Shown here piece by piece: positions 14,129-26,757 of a stretch of DNA of 64,000 nucleotides. Source of the stretch: Camelus ferus (lineage: Eukaryota); NCBI RefSeq assembly GCF_009834535.1, contig NC_045696.1, positions 59,150,001 through 59,214,000 of the forward strand. Reading direction: 5' to 3'. Numbering within the stretch: position 1 is the first letter of the stretch; each line of letters starts with the position of its first letter. A program made the translations under genes and the position numbers. Below the pieces are notes generated by a model. The model made no database searches. It had not been told where the DNA came from and saw only the letters and a list, made by a program, of their open reading frames with translations.

Positions 14129-15359
14129 GAGCAAAACATTATCTCACATACATCTCGGCAATGTTTTCCTAGGGCAGTCTACCCAGGCAATAGAAATAAA
14201 AGCAAAAATAAACAAATGAGACCTAATTAAGCTTACAAGCTTTTGCACAGCAAAGGAAACCCTAAACAATACAAAACAACAACCTACAGAATGGGAGAAA
14301 ATATTTGCAAAAGATGAGACTGACAAGGCTTGATTTCCAGAAATATATAAACAGCTCATAAGACTTAATAAGAAAAAAACAAATAACCTAATCCAAAAAT
14401 GGGCAGAAGACCTAAACAAGCAATTCTCCAATGAAGACATATGAATGGCCAATAGGCACATGAAAAAATGCTCAATATCACTAATTATCAGAGAAATACA
14501 AATCAAAAACTACAATGAGGTATCACCTCACACCAGTCAGAATGGCCATCATTCAAAAGTCCACAAACGATAAATGCTGGAGAGGGTATGGAGAAAAGGG
14601 AACCCTCCTATACTGTTGGTGGGAATGCAGTTTGGTGCAGCCATTGTGGAAAACAGCATGGAGATTCCTCAAAAGACTAAAAATGGACTTACATATGATC
14701 CAGCAATCCCACTCCTGGGCATATATCCAGAGGGAACCTTAATTCAAAAAGACACCTGCACTTCAATGTTCATACCAGCACTATTTACAATATCCAAGAC
14801 ACATATGGAAATAACCTAAATGTCCATCGAGAGATGACTGGATGAAGAAGTTGCAGTATATTTAATGGAATACTACTCAGCCATAAAAAATAATAAAATA
14901 ATGCCATTTGCTGCAACATGGATGGCCCTGGAGAATGTCATTCTAAGAGAAGTAAGCCAGAAAGAGAAAGAAAATACCATGATATCACTCATATGGGGAA
15001 TCCAAAAAAAAAGAGGAAATGAACTTATATGTAAAACAGAAACAGATTCACAGACATAGAAAACAACCTTGTGGTTATGGGAGGTTGGGGGTGGGAAGAG
15101 GGTGGGAAAGGATAAACAGGGAGTTCGAGATTTGCAGATACTGGCTGCTATATATAAAGTAGATAAACAAGTTTATACTGTATAGCACAGGGAACTATAT
15201 TGGATATCTTTAGTGGCTTACAGTGAAAAATAATACAAAAATGAATATATGTATATTCATGTATGACTGAAGCATTGTGCTATACACCAGAAATTGACAC
15301 AACAGTATAAACTGACTATACTTCAGTTTAAAAAAATAAAATTTAATTTAATTAAGGAA
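14129..15359 (+). mobile_element. 5'-truncated young L1 (ORF2 C-terminus + 3' UTR + A-tail)
   Basis: [34 protein letters not shown] and MEYYSAIK motifs; perfect 16-bp TSD AAAAAGCTTTGGTGCC at 14113-14128 and 15360-15375. Confidence 0.95.
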
Positions 15360-16613
15360 AAAAAGCTTTGGTGCCAAGTCTGAAGAATTAAGTTAGACAT
15401 CAAACTAATATCTTTTTAAAAAATTAAAAACACGCAGTGACCAATAAAGCAGTAAGTCTCATTTTCTTAAGTGGCTAATAAATTAGCTCCTAAAGCAATT
15501 CTAAAATGTCCTAAGGAATAGAAATAAATAACAACCACTGATATTTCCCATGGTCACAATGTTGAAATAGATAATATGTGGAGACTAAGTTCTGGTATGC
15601 TTGTTTAAAAACTAATTATTTGATAGTCATACCTTTAAAAATATACACGTTTATTTTAAATGGATTATATTCTTTTGTTCCATAAAAAACAGCTAAACAG
15701 TGAAGCATAAACTAGTCTCTAATTCCAAGCAGAGGCAAGTTAGAAGTATAGAAATTAAACCCAATGCACTCTAAAATTAAACTGCTCAGGTTTGAGTCTT
15801 GTCTTTTACAGAGATCCACAGCCTTGGGTTAAGTTACATAATGTCTCTGTGCCTTGGTTTCCTCAGCTGTAAATAAGAATAACATAACATCTACTTCATA
15901 GAGCTGTTGTAGAATTTAAAGAGATGGCACATATAAAGGATAGTAGCCTGGCACATAAGAAACATTCCATAAATGTTAGTAGTAGGTTTGGCTATTATTA
16001 TTATTATTATTTACACTTAGTTTTGATTTTGAAAAACTAATGCTACTATAGGAATCCCTTAGGTCAGGACTGAAGACAAAATTACTAGAGTTTAAACCCC
16101 ATCATATATCATAGTATCTAGAGACTAATGATCTTTAGAGAAATAATCCTAAACAAGCAAATCTCACTAGCTATTGTGCCTTTGCAGGCTCCAGATCCAT
16201 GAATTTAAGCTATCCTCCAACTAGAAATTCTATTTTATTGCTTTCTAGTTTCTTAAGAATGTTTATGCAGGTCCTTGCAGTTCTTATCTGGTACAATGTC
16301 TACAGCTCATGTAACTGTAATGCCCTCCCAGGGCACAGGAGTGCTGCAGTGCTGCAGAAGCACCTGAAAATGTGCTCCAATTCTCTCCAAAGTATACTGA
16401 TAAACAGACACTGGAGCAGTGGTCTTGGTGATCACCACTGAAATGTTCAAAGTTAAGATATTATTGATAACATGTAAGTGGTTTCTGTATTTCAACATTA
16501 GGTACCTGGTTTATGTCTTTCCTAAACAAATTAAGACCATAATTTCAACCTAACTTAAGAGAGCCAAAAGAAAAATTACCTAAGAATTTAAATGATTTTT
16601 TTCCTATGTGTAA

Positions 16614-17010
16614 GTGTAGTGGGCTACTAGTGTTCACCCATACCAGGTTCTCCTTTCCTTCTGGAGTATATGGGAAGTATGAGAAAATTTCATATCCCAG
16701 ATCTTTATATTAGGCAAGGCAGTAAGTTTCACTTTAGCCTGTAAAATCTATGGAGAAGTGAGACTGTCCCACTTCTGGGGACATGAGCATTTAAGAGCTG
16801 GTGTGCCACATCTATGTTCTCTTTTTCCTGAAAAACATATGCTGAGACAGTGGATCCTAAGACAGAGGGAACCTAAATCCTGAGTCACAGGATGAAATCC
16901 TGAGGACCCATGCTGGTCCTGGTGTGAGGGAGAGACAAACTTTTGCTCTGCTATACCAACTGAGATTTTGGAGTTTGCTACTGCAGCATAGCCTAGACTA
17001 GCCTGGTAGT
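16614..17010. mobile_element. Old MaLR LTR (MLT1J/K-like)
   Basis: TG start; ends with ...ccaactgagattttggagtttgctactgcagcatagcctag..., typical of MLT1 LTRs. Confidence 0.6.
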
Positions 17011-17279
17011 ACCCTGAGGTACTTCTTCCTCTCCACTCACTACCAACCAAGTGACAACAGATGTGAAAGAGGTGGTATAAAATACGTACTAGTGAGCAGA
17101 AGTAATGGGAGAGTAGAGGATGCTGGCAATGTTTGGAAAATGGGGAAGAAATAGTAGAAACACAGTAAGATAGTGTATCTGTCGTCCTTATGAAGCCTTA
17201 GATAGGTCATCAGGCACTTTTGTTCTGGCGATGGGACATCTTTGCACAGAGACAAAAAAATTCATAGAATAATTCTTAC

Positions 17280-17421
17280 CTGCGTAACTGAGCATTTTCA
17301 CTTCTTAGTGGTTGCATGGCCAGTGCTATTTCCACCTGAATATTTGCATTTCCACTTACTGCTGGAAGCAGAGATATACACAACTCCAATTCTGTAAGCA
17401 ACCTCTGAATTTCTGAATCTT
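17280..17421 (-). CDS. CCDC14: CCDC14 exon 9 ([48 protein letters not shown])
   Basis: atag|AA ... AG|gtaaga, 142 nt. Confidence 0.94.
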
Positions 17422-18289
17422 CTATAAAAGACAGAAGAAATGAGTAAAGGTAATATTATAAATTGCTTTTGGATATACTTAAAAAGAAAATGTTTCAGAT
17501 ACATTCATACTTTCTATAAACAAATTCAATTCAGTTATTTGTGAATTTATTATACAAATCCTATTTTTCTCTTTCCTGCAGCCTGTATTTCCTTATCCAG
17601 AGGAATTCTAAAGAAATTAAGTTCAGTAATGAAAGATTAATCTTAAGTGCCAAGATTATTATAGCAGTGATTTTTCCATTCAAGTGTCTAGTAGGAAGAT
17701 GGTTTACACATATCTCTTAGTTCACATTTACCAAAAGACTCTGTTGGACTCCTATAGTTGCTAAAGGGTTTCCTATAATTGATTATAGTATTAACATTTA
17801 CAATACAACCTCTGATCCTAGCATAAGTAAACAATTCACTCTAGATAATTCAATTTGGCAAAATATTGAGGGAAGGTCTACCAAGATAAGGTTTCATTGT
17901 TTAATTTTACAAAGTAGATTTAACACAACCAGCCACACCTCATTTGATGTAGCATCAAAAGCAGCATCATTTTTATTACTAATTGTGGGGAGTAGACAGG
18001 TTTGGAGGTGGCAAACAGGCAGAGGTAGAAGGTAGATTTTAGATGTTCTGTCCTTTTATTTTTGTCCCCTCATGTCTATTCAAATTTTCTGTGAATTGAA
18101 AACATTTAATAAATATAATATTAACTGTCTGATATCCAAAAGAGGTAGAAAGTATATTCTAAGTTACAAAAATTTACTCAAGTCCATGAGTATTTTAACA
18201 CCCTGATGAAAAGTTTACATGCCTACAGTAAACAACTGTACCCAATTATTGAGCAGACTTCTACCAATCCTCTGTAGAGTGGTTTCGCT

Positions 18290-18615
18290 GATAAGCATTA
18301 GAGGCAGAGACCTGGGTTTCACCACTTAGCAATATGCCTTAGTCAAATTACTTAACTCTTGAAGCCTAGGTTTCTTCGTGGTTAAATGGAGATAACAAAA
18401 GTACCTCATGGGGTTGCTGGGAGGATTAAATGAAACACTGTTCTCCAAGCCTCAGTTTCCTCATCTGTAAAATGGGGACAATAACAGTACCTCATAGGGT
18501 TGATGTGAGGATTAAATGAGATAATGCATATATAACTAAGATAATGCATATAAAACTAAGTTGGCATAGTACTGGCCACATGGTAAGTACTCAATACATG
18601 ACAGCCAATATTGTT
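18290..18615 (+). mobile_element. MIR with duplicated core
   Basis: gcctcagtttcctcatctgtaaaatgggg core, preceded by a second diverged core; 20-bp tandem duplication at 18519-18558. Confidence 0.8.
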
Positions 18616-19420
18616 ACTATTATTACTGTTACCATGATTAAGCATCTGGTTAAGAGAACAGTAGTAAGTTGAAGGTCTGAAAACACAAGAAATTTTAATA
18701 TATTAAACCACTGGATTAATACTGCTACAATCCTGTAGATAAATTTTAAGATATGGTATTTCTTTGTCAGTCTGAAGATATTAGGTATTCAATCAGTGCT
18801 TCCACAATCAATTACTGTGTGTTTTGGATGACAAATCTGTAACTCACTCCAAGCTAAAGGCATTATTTAAAACATACACACATAAGAAAACAAATGAATA
18901 CAACCTGGCTCAAATATCTCATAACTTCACCTAAGCATTTTTCTTGATTGCATTAAAAAATCCCAAAAGTAAACTGAAAAGGGCATAAAAAGGTTTGGAT
19001 TCCCTCTCAAAGTGAGTTTTGTTAAACATTATAACAGTTGGTTATTAAAGAAACGATGAGAGGAAAATTTCTGCACCTTTTTAAAATAGGAAGTTATTCT
19101 ATTCTAGGGAGTTAATCATGTCTAGGGGTCCTCTAACCTCTTAAAGTTTATCTTTACAAATTATCTTTGGCTGAATCTTTTCAAGGTCCCTTTCACTCAA
19201 GTAGAATGAATAAACACTTGCAAGTAAAAGACTGATATTCCCTAGTACATTTCAAATTCACAGGAAATAAGAGGGATCAAAACCTAAAAAATAAGAATAA
19301 AACAGACAAAATTCATTTCCTTATTAGCATAAGACATAGTTCTATGGAAAATATCACAAACTCCATGTTGATTATTTTAAATAATGACATGCCACAGAAA
19401 ATTATAAAGTACTTATCTAC

Positions 19421-19922
19421 CTTGCTCTGCTACCAGAGCCTTGAGCTCTCCCAACAAATACTTTATAGTTCTAATTCTTTCAGCACTCTGGTTCACGTTT
19501 TTTGCCTTCTGCACATCCTTTTTTCTTGAATCTCGCACATGTATGTTTAAATCCTTTCCTTCACCTCTAACCTCTCCAATTTGTTCTTTGGCACATTTTT
19601 CTTCATTGGTAGCCAAGAAAGCTGGCTGTAATAGAGTGGGACTTCGGTGTGTCTGACTGTCCGGATGAGAATGCAACAGATTCATATATGTTTGGAAACA
19701 CTTTAGTAGGTCTGACTCATTAGGAACTCTTTGTTGTGGCAGAATCCCATTAGCAAGATCCAGCTGCTGAAATTTTGGAATAGCTGGTTTGTCAGTTTGG
19801 GGCAGGCCACATGGAACTCCAAGACTAGCACTGAAGGAATTCCTTAGAACATCATCAGTACAGTTCACAGAAGTTGTTTTACCCTGTGATGCAAACTCGT
19901 TGTCACCATCAGTCTGAACTTC
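19421..19922 (-). CDS. CCDC14: CCDC14 exon 8 (EVQTDGDNEFASQ...YLLGELKALVAEQ)
   Basis: ttag|GAA ... G|gtagat, 502 nt; contains most of ORF 19413-19868. Confidence 0.93.
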
Positions 19923-20759
19923 CTAAAGAAAGAAAAAACAAGTTAAGCCTTCAAAAACATGAGCATTGACTTGTAGGCATTAACTATAATAAACTCAAAT
20001 AAAAATGTTGGAAAATGACATCTGCAGGATGGAGTTAGAAACTACCAGTGAGTAAGCTGAATTTCCCCTGAGCACAATGGGAACATTATAAAGCCATGAC
20101 TAAAATAGATTGTTTATATATAAATGGCATAAAGGCATCAAAACTTAGTTCACTTTGGGACTAAAACAAACTTCCACTTTGGGAAACTACAATGTAAGAA
20201 AATAAGCTCAAATATACAAAAAGCTTTTCCATAAACATATTTAGAGACATGTTATGGGAGTAAAAAACTTACTTAAATGTCTAACCACAGACTATGGTAC
20301 ATCCACTAAACAGTATTAACAACTTATTTAAAAAGGTACAAAAAGTAAATTACAATAAAATGTTAAGCAAAAAAAAAGGAGTATATAAAACTGTAGACAA
20401 TTTAACTATGACTAAGTTTTTTTTTTTTACAGCAAACTTAATAAATTAAAACCAGAAAATGAAACCTACACAGAGAATTAAATGACTGGAACATGCCCTG
20501 CCAATGTACCAAGAGAAACTGTACTTTGGTAGTAGGTATGGGTGAGTTCTTTTTTCTACTAATCTCTTTCCCTTTTCCCTCTCACCATTATCCTTAATCA
20601 ACAGATAAAACTTTTCTAATTAAAAAAAAAACTTGGAAAAAATAATTGGTCTTTACATCCTAGGGCAATAAGATACAATCAGCAAATTCAGTTTTTTCTC
20701 TTAAGATAACAATTTCTAAATGCAAATTATTACTTGTATAGTATATAAACTGTACTCAC

Positions 20760-20854
20760 ACAATGAACCATTGGAGGGCAGGGTGAGTGCTGAGATAACA
20801 GGACTGGGGTGGAGTGGGATAAGCCATAACTAGAATGTGGAGTTGCCTGAGATT
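20760..20854 (-). CDS. CCDC14: CCDC14 exon 7 (ESQATPHSSYGLSHSTPVLLSQHSPCPPMVHC)
   Basis: ttttag|AA ... TGT|gtgagt, 95 nt; not in the ORF track, found by reading the sequence. Confidence 0.92.
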
Positions 20855-20966
20855 CTAAAAGGTAACAGGGAGAAAAGATCATTCACATCTCATACTGCTT
20901 ATACAACTACCAGTCAACTTAATTAGAGCTTATATTCATGTCTTTTAAAACCTCATTCATACTAAC

Positions 20967-21203
20967 CAGAACCAGACACAGTGTGGCAAGGTACAGTAGG
21001 AATTCCATTAGGGTTGCTCTTTGAAGCCAAGTCATTCATCAGTGACATTTGAGTCTGCACATGCTCACAGAGGGCTTGGTATATTACGGGTGAATACATT
21101 CTATAATGATCTTGTAGTGACCAATTTTGTGGTATATCTGATGAGTCTCTTTCACTTCCAGCAGAAGCTTCATTAGGTATAGGTTTCTTACTATCTGAAG
21201 ATA
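20967..21203 (-). CDS. CCDC14: CCDC14 exon 6 ([17 protein letters not shown]...VPCHTVSGS)
   Basis: ttag|TA ... G|gttagt, 237 nt; overlaps ORF 20962-21249. Confidence 0.93.
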
Positions 21204-22339
21204 CTAATGTGAAAAAAGGGAAAAAAGTTCTTGAAATATGATTCTTCAAAAAGAATCTTTTACCATAAGCTTTAGGGAAAAAAGGACTCTCAGAAGTAGT
21301 TCAGTACATCATATAGTTTACAGAAGGGCTTTATTGCTATCACTCCCTAAAGAAAATCACCTCAAATTATTTTTTTTAAAGTAGGTAATGAATTAAGTTC
21401 TTTAGCAAAAAATTATCTATACTATGTCCTGAAAATCTTTATTAAATGCTATTCATAAAATCTCTCCTTCATTTATAGGTCTCCTCTGAAGAGTGTTATT
21501 TAATGAAACTCTTTTCACTTTGATCCTTGTCCAGTACATGCTCTTGAGAGGGGGAATGGAATAGGAAAAACAGAATACTTTGTATAATCCTGATGCTTTG
21601 ACCATAAAATAATAATAATAATAAATTAGAGTTCTCAGAGCAAGAATAAAATTGGATTTAATCTACACATTGGGCCTCAAACAACACCTTAACCTGGCAT
21701 TTAAAGTCTCCAAAAAGCCTGACAACAACATACTTTTCCAACCATCTTCCCATCACCCTCTAATCAGTAATTTTTCATTGCAATCAGGCCAATTTAGACT
21801 CCTAAAATAAGTTTTTCTCACTTTCCGTAAAATATTACTCATGAAGAACCACCCATTCCAATTCAGTTCCACCCACTCACCAAAGCTCACCTGAAGGCTT
21901 CCCTCTCCTATGAAGCCTTTTCCAATCATTCCAGTCTAGTGACTGCTCTTCACCATCCTAGAGCACACTGTCTATACAAATCATGTATCACTTGCATATG
22001 GTACTATTATCATTTATTTTTCATTCTCTTGCCTACCTGACTAAACTATAAGCTTCTTTAGGCAGGGCTGTATCTTACATTTCATTATTTTCTCCCACAG
22101 AATCTTGTACTAATCTATATACAAAGTAGTACAAAGTAGAAACCTGGTATTAATAAACTAATACATGAAAAACAACAAAGTTTTCTATATAGCACTACTG
22201 TAAAGATAAATATTAAAATCTCTTTGTCTAATAAGATCCCCTTCCCAAATGTTTTTTAAAGACTATTATCAGAAATGAGAATGTTTTTGGTAGATCACAG
22301 GTTATCAGGATACAAAATAAATTTAGAAAAATATATAGC

Positions 22340-22925
22340 TTTTGGTAGGACTTACCAAAGCTAAACATATTCTATGACACAGCAATTGTACCTCTGGGTA
22401 TATGCCTAACAGAAATGAGTGTTTATGTCTACTAAGAGATGTGTACAAGAATGCTCACAACAGGTATATTTGCAGTAGCCAAAAACTGAAAATACCCTAA
22501 TAGCCATGAATAGTAGAAATGGATAAACTGTGGTATACTCATATGATGGAACACTAGACAGCAATGGAAAAGAACAAATTACTCACATACTTAAACTGCC
22601 TAGATGAAATTAACAGATATGATGTTATGTGAAAGAGTCAGACTACATAGTGTACAACTGCATCTATATGAAGTTCAAAGACAGTAAAACCATCCAACGG
22701 AGTTAAAAGTCAGAAAAGTGACCTTGAGGAGGAGATAGGTGGTAGTGAGGATACTGATGAGTAGGAGCCTGGTAGGGTACTGAAATGTTTTGTATTTTCA
22801 TCTGGATAGTGGCATTTAAAGTCTCCAAAGCTACATATGGGTGTAGACATGTGTAAAAATTTACCGAGATTTATGCACTTGCTTTATGAAAGTTACACCT
22901 TAATTATTTAAAAAGTGAAAACAGT
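22340..22925 (+). mobile_element. Old L1M 3' end
   Basis: tatgacacagcaattgtacctctgggtatatgcc (ORF2 C-terminus) through the 3' UTR. Confidence 0.75.
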
Positions 22926-25359
22926 TAAATTTTTTTAAATGGTATTGAATTCCCCAAACACATATACATTTTATTGAAGGAAAAACATTGCTAAAAGCAT
23001 AAAACTTATAAGTAAAGGCAAAAAGTTAAAGGCAGATGAAATACTATAACCAATGAAGATAGAAAAATAATTTAAAGAAAAAGACTACTAAATTAATATT
23101 TGACTACAAAAATGGTTGGAGTTATTGGATCCTTCCATTTCGACTTGGGCTAAGCTTCCTTTTGAGATAACTTTTTGTCGTGAACATACTTCTGCGGCCT
23201 CAATACGAGCTCTAGCAGTTACTAGCTGAGTTAACTTCTGGCAAATTACTTAACCTCTCTTGGCCTCCTCCTCCTTGTTAGAAAAATGATAATAATAACA
23301 TTATCTATTTCATAAGACTGTTGTGAAAAGTGAGATAGCACATGTAAAGTATCAATGTCCAACACATAGTAAGAACTCACTAAGTGTTATATCTATTACT
23401 AAATGACTACAAAGTCAATACAGACAAGTAAATATTTCATATTCACAAATCTTCCTCTCTGATACCAATAATATACCTCTAAGCATGTCCTCTCTGAGGT
23501 GATTAAAACCAAAAACATTTAACAGTTACTCTTCACTATCTGAACAGACAAGCTACAACAAATTGGTTAATAAACATTCTATTAACAAATTATTTCTTAT
23601 TGGAAATACAATTTTATAATAAATCTAATGGAAAAGTATCCTCTAAAATATTTTAACTTTGAAATCTAAAATGATGAAGGGTGAGATCACAGGCAGCCCA
23701 AGGCCGCCCAGCACACTGCTCTTCCTTTCCTCCTGACTCCTGGGTCTCTCTTCTGCTCTTCAATTTCCTTTGGTCCCATAAGATAAGAACTGCCTGGTTT
23801 GAGGAATTCTCAGATTTTACACTCACATTGGCTCTCATTCACCTTCCTTTTTTTTTTTTTCATTCACCTTCTTCTCAAGGGGTGGTTTTCACAATCTCTG
23901 ATAAAGCTGAACTACAATATTATGCTTTTGCCAGCAAATGTCATCACCCAACATAATGTAATAAACTTCAAACATTTCTTAAAAATCAGAGCTTTATAAT
24001 TAAAATGACTTATTTTGCTCCTTAATTAGCTCAATCTATGTGAAACTCTACTGAGAATGTTGTATATTTATATTTAAGAGACAAAATTATAAAGCAAATT
24101 ATCCAAGACAAAAATGGATATGCAATTTTAAAATTTAAAAAACCCACCACTACCACCAAAATAAGCCTGTTATTATACAAATACAAAGAAAGTATGTTTA
24201 CTTGCTCTTGTTTACTATACCAAAGCACCCTACATAAACATTTTACCTAACAGATTAGGAGGGCAATGTCTAATTGGTGTCAGTTGGTAACTAGAATTCA
24301 TGAAAGGGATACACTCATTTATTCAGTTCACAAAACTTTTTCTGTCCTGGAATTGTAGCTGCTGTACAGCACTTTTGTTTGGATATACAAGCACTGTCTG
24401 ACAGGTAAGATAATTCCTGCCACCCAAATATAGAACATCCACTGCAGATAAGAGCTGCTGGATGCCCATCATAATTTGAAATATGTAAAAGAACACCTGG
24501 CCTTGATGGGAGCAATCAGTGTTCAAAATATTCTGCCTGTAGAGGTTTATTTCCCCAAGGTGAGGGCAGAAATATATATATGATACTGAAACTAGGGTCA
24601 TGTGCCCACAGCATTCAACACAGTTATCAAAATGTAAAAAGCTGCTTATTAAAAAATTTTTTTCTTTAAACATCAGGAGCACTGTCAAGTAAGCTCTCAA
24701 CTGGACACTTCTGGAACTGCCTTTCTGCTTCCTTCCTCCCTTATGCATCAGGGTGGGTGGGCATGACTCCACAGACACTCATTGATCAGGGAGGCCCCAG
24801 ACAGAAAGTATAGAAGGAGCCCAAGCCCCAGATGACACTTAACACAAAAGAGTAAGATAATGTATCTTAAAATTAAAATGATACACAGATACTAGTTAAC
24901 ATGCTGTAACAGATTCCTTACCATTCTCTTTATGATTATCTCACTTGTGGAGAGAGAGAAAAGAAAGCAAACACTGAGTGTGGTTTTTGTGTGTGCTGAG
25001 CACTGTGATAACAGAGCAAAACCCTTGTACTTGTTAACAGCTGCCAACTACAGAAAAGAAAAGAAAAAAAGATGATCCTTTTTAGACAGTGCTACAGAGT
25101 TTGGTAAACTAAAAAAGATAAGTAATTTAACCAGAGGGAAAAAGGCTTCTGCTTCCAATGAGTCAATCTTAGAAGTGAGTAAGTCAATGAGAATCAATTT
25201 CTAATACTGCAGCTCTAAAAGAGATTGTCCTGTAAGAAGTAGGTCCTTCCTTCTGATGATGAAAACATAGGGGAAAGGATGACAAGAATGTTGTATCCTG
25301 ATCACTGGCCAGAACTACTCATCTGACTCTAATGCAAATAAGAATTTAATGCTAGGGAC

Positions 25360-26325
25360 AGAAGGCCAGATCTTTCTAATGTGCTCCTCCAAACCCATCC
25401 TCTACCCATTCTTTTCTGCTCTGCTGTCTCACGGATGCTGATCTGTATGGATTACATTGTTAAGAGACACTCCATCGTGGGTCTCTTCTGCTCCTACATG
25501 TCTTGCTGGGTCTACCAAGGAAGTAAGGACTTGACCTAAGCTCTTTACCTGAGCCATTTCTCAGGGTTGTGTTTGTAGCGAGCAGCCCTGAGGAAAAAGG
25601 TAATGTTTCCCCCTGAGGAAAGTATAAGCTTGTTTACTGCTTACTACCAAAGCAATAGATTCCTCAAGCTCAGTGTTCCTCAGCTGAAACTTAAACTTGT
25701 AGCATGTGCAGCATCCACTTGGATCTATTCCATCATCTCAGTGGGAACTAGTAGTGAGGGATAACTAACACAAATATGCTAATATACATGCTGCTTGCTG
25801 TGTTATGAGTGATAAGGTCCTTTGTCTCTGACCCCAGGAGTCTTGTGGTTCCTGTAAACATGCATGACATAGTAAGGCTGACTTATTAGCTTGTAAGAAC
25901 AAAAATCAAACCCCAGACCTGATACACATCAACAGGGTTCCAGCTGGACCCAATCCAATGGGAGCCCTGGCATTATCAAGGAAAGGAAGAAGCATAAATT
26001 CAGAGTATTTGTTCCCAACTACCTCTCTAACAAGGCCACCTTGGCCTGGCTTTGTCCCTTAAAGCTCACTGCTCTTCTCAAGGCAGCCTACTCTACACAA
26101 CAGTATCTCTGAGTCCCAGTAACCCCTTCCCCACCTCATCCCTTAAGATCTAGGGAGAGTAACAGCTCTGTTGCTGCTGCCAGCACTGGACTAGCACAGT
26201 CACTTGTGGTTTCCCTATACCCTAGTCACACTTTTGCAATGAGTTTCTTTGTAAATAAACCCTCTTTGAATTATCTTAATTTGAGTGTTGCCAGCTATTT
26301 TCTGTTGGAACGCTGCTAACAAACA
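25360..26325 (+). mobile_element. LTR33-like ERVL solo LTR interrupted by a nested LTR
   Basis: Flanks rejoin as ...tatggattacat|caacagggttcc..., matching recalled LTR33; 3' end ...tttgagtgttgccagctattttctgttgg... Confidence 0.65.
25458..25924 (+). mobile_element. LTR40-like ERVL solo LTR (nested)
   Basis: TG start; gtcctttgtctctgaccccaggagtc...ggctgacttattagcttgtaag motifs; 5-bp TSD tacat/cacat. Confidence 0.7.
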
Positions 26326-26525
26326 GTTAAGCTAGGATCCAACGAGTTGCTACCATGGCACCATTGTCATCGATGTACATTCCAAATGAGAGTTCCTTGA
26401 GGACGGTGCCCTGGACAAAAAATAACCTGCCTTGAAGAAAAAAGCAGGAACAGGCAGTTGGTGCTACCACTCCTTTCTTTGTCCATTGGGCCCTAATAAA
26501 TAGGCCTCTAGTTTAAGAGTTAGAC

Positions 26526-26749
26526 CTGGGATTAGCACATTTTTTCTTAAAAGGCTAGGCAATAAACATTTTTCACTTAGCAGGCCAGATGGTCGTTGTC
26601 ACAACTACTCACCTTTATCACTGCAGCACAGGAGCAACCATAGAAAATATATAAATGAATTAACATGACTGTGCTCTGACGAAACTTTATTTACAAAATA
26701 AATAAATATTATTTACAAAACAAAACTGGCAGTAGTATGCTGACCCCTG
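26526..26749 (+). mobile_element. MER58A-like hAT-Charlie MITE
   Basis: Degenerate CAGGGG...CCCCTG termini, aactttatttacaaaa motif, TSD-like agttagac/gtttagac. Confidence 0.75.
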
Positions 26750-26757
26750 GTTTAGAC

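Noticed and set aside
14144..15059. ORFs of 64-120 aa (also 9267, 31410, 37244, 38887-39814, 59368, 60152)
   Set aside because: They are sense or antisense translations of broken L1 ORF2, not genes.
23125..23212. Small patch with four CpGs and BamHI, HindIII and SacI sites
   Set aside because: I considered vector contamination or a cryptic exon, but it does not resemble a polylinker, has no clear splice donor and gives no recognisable peptide.
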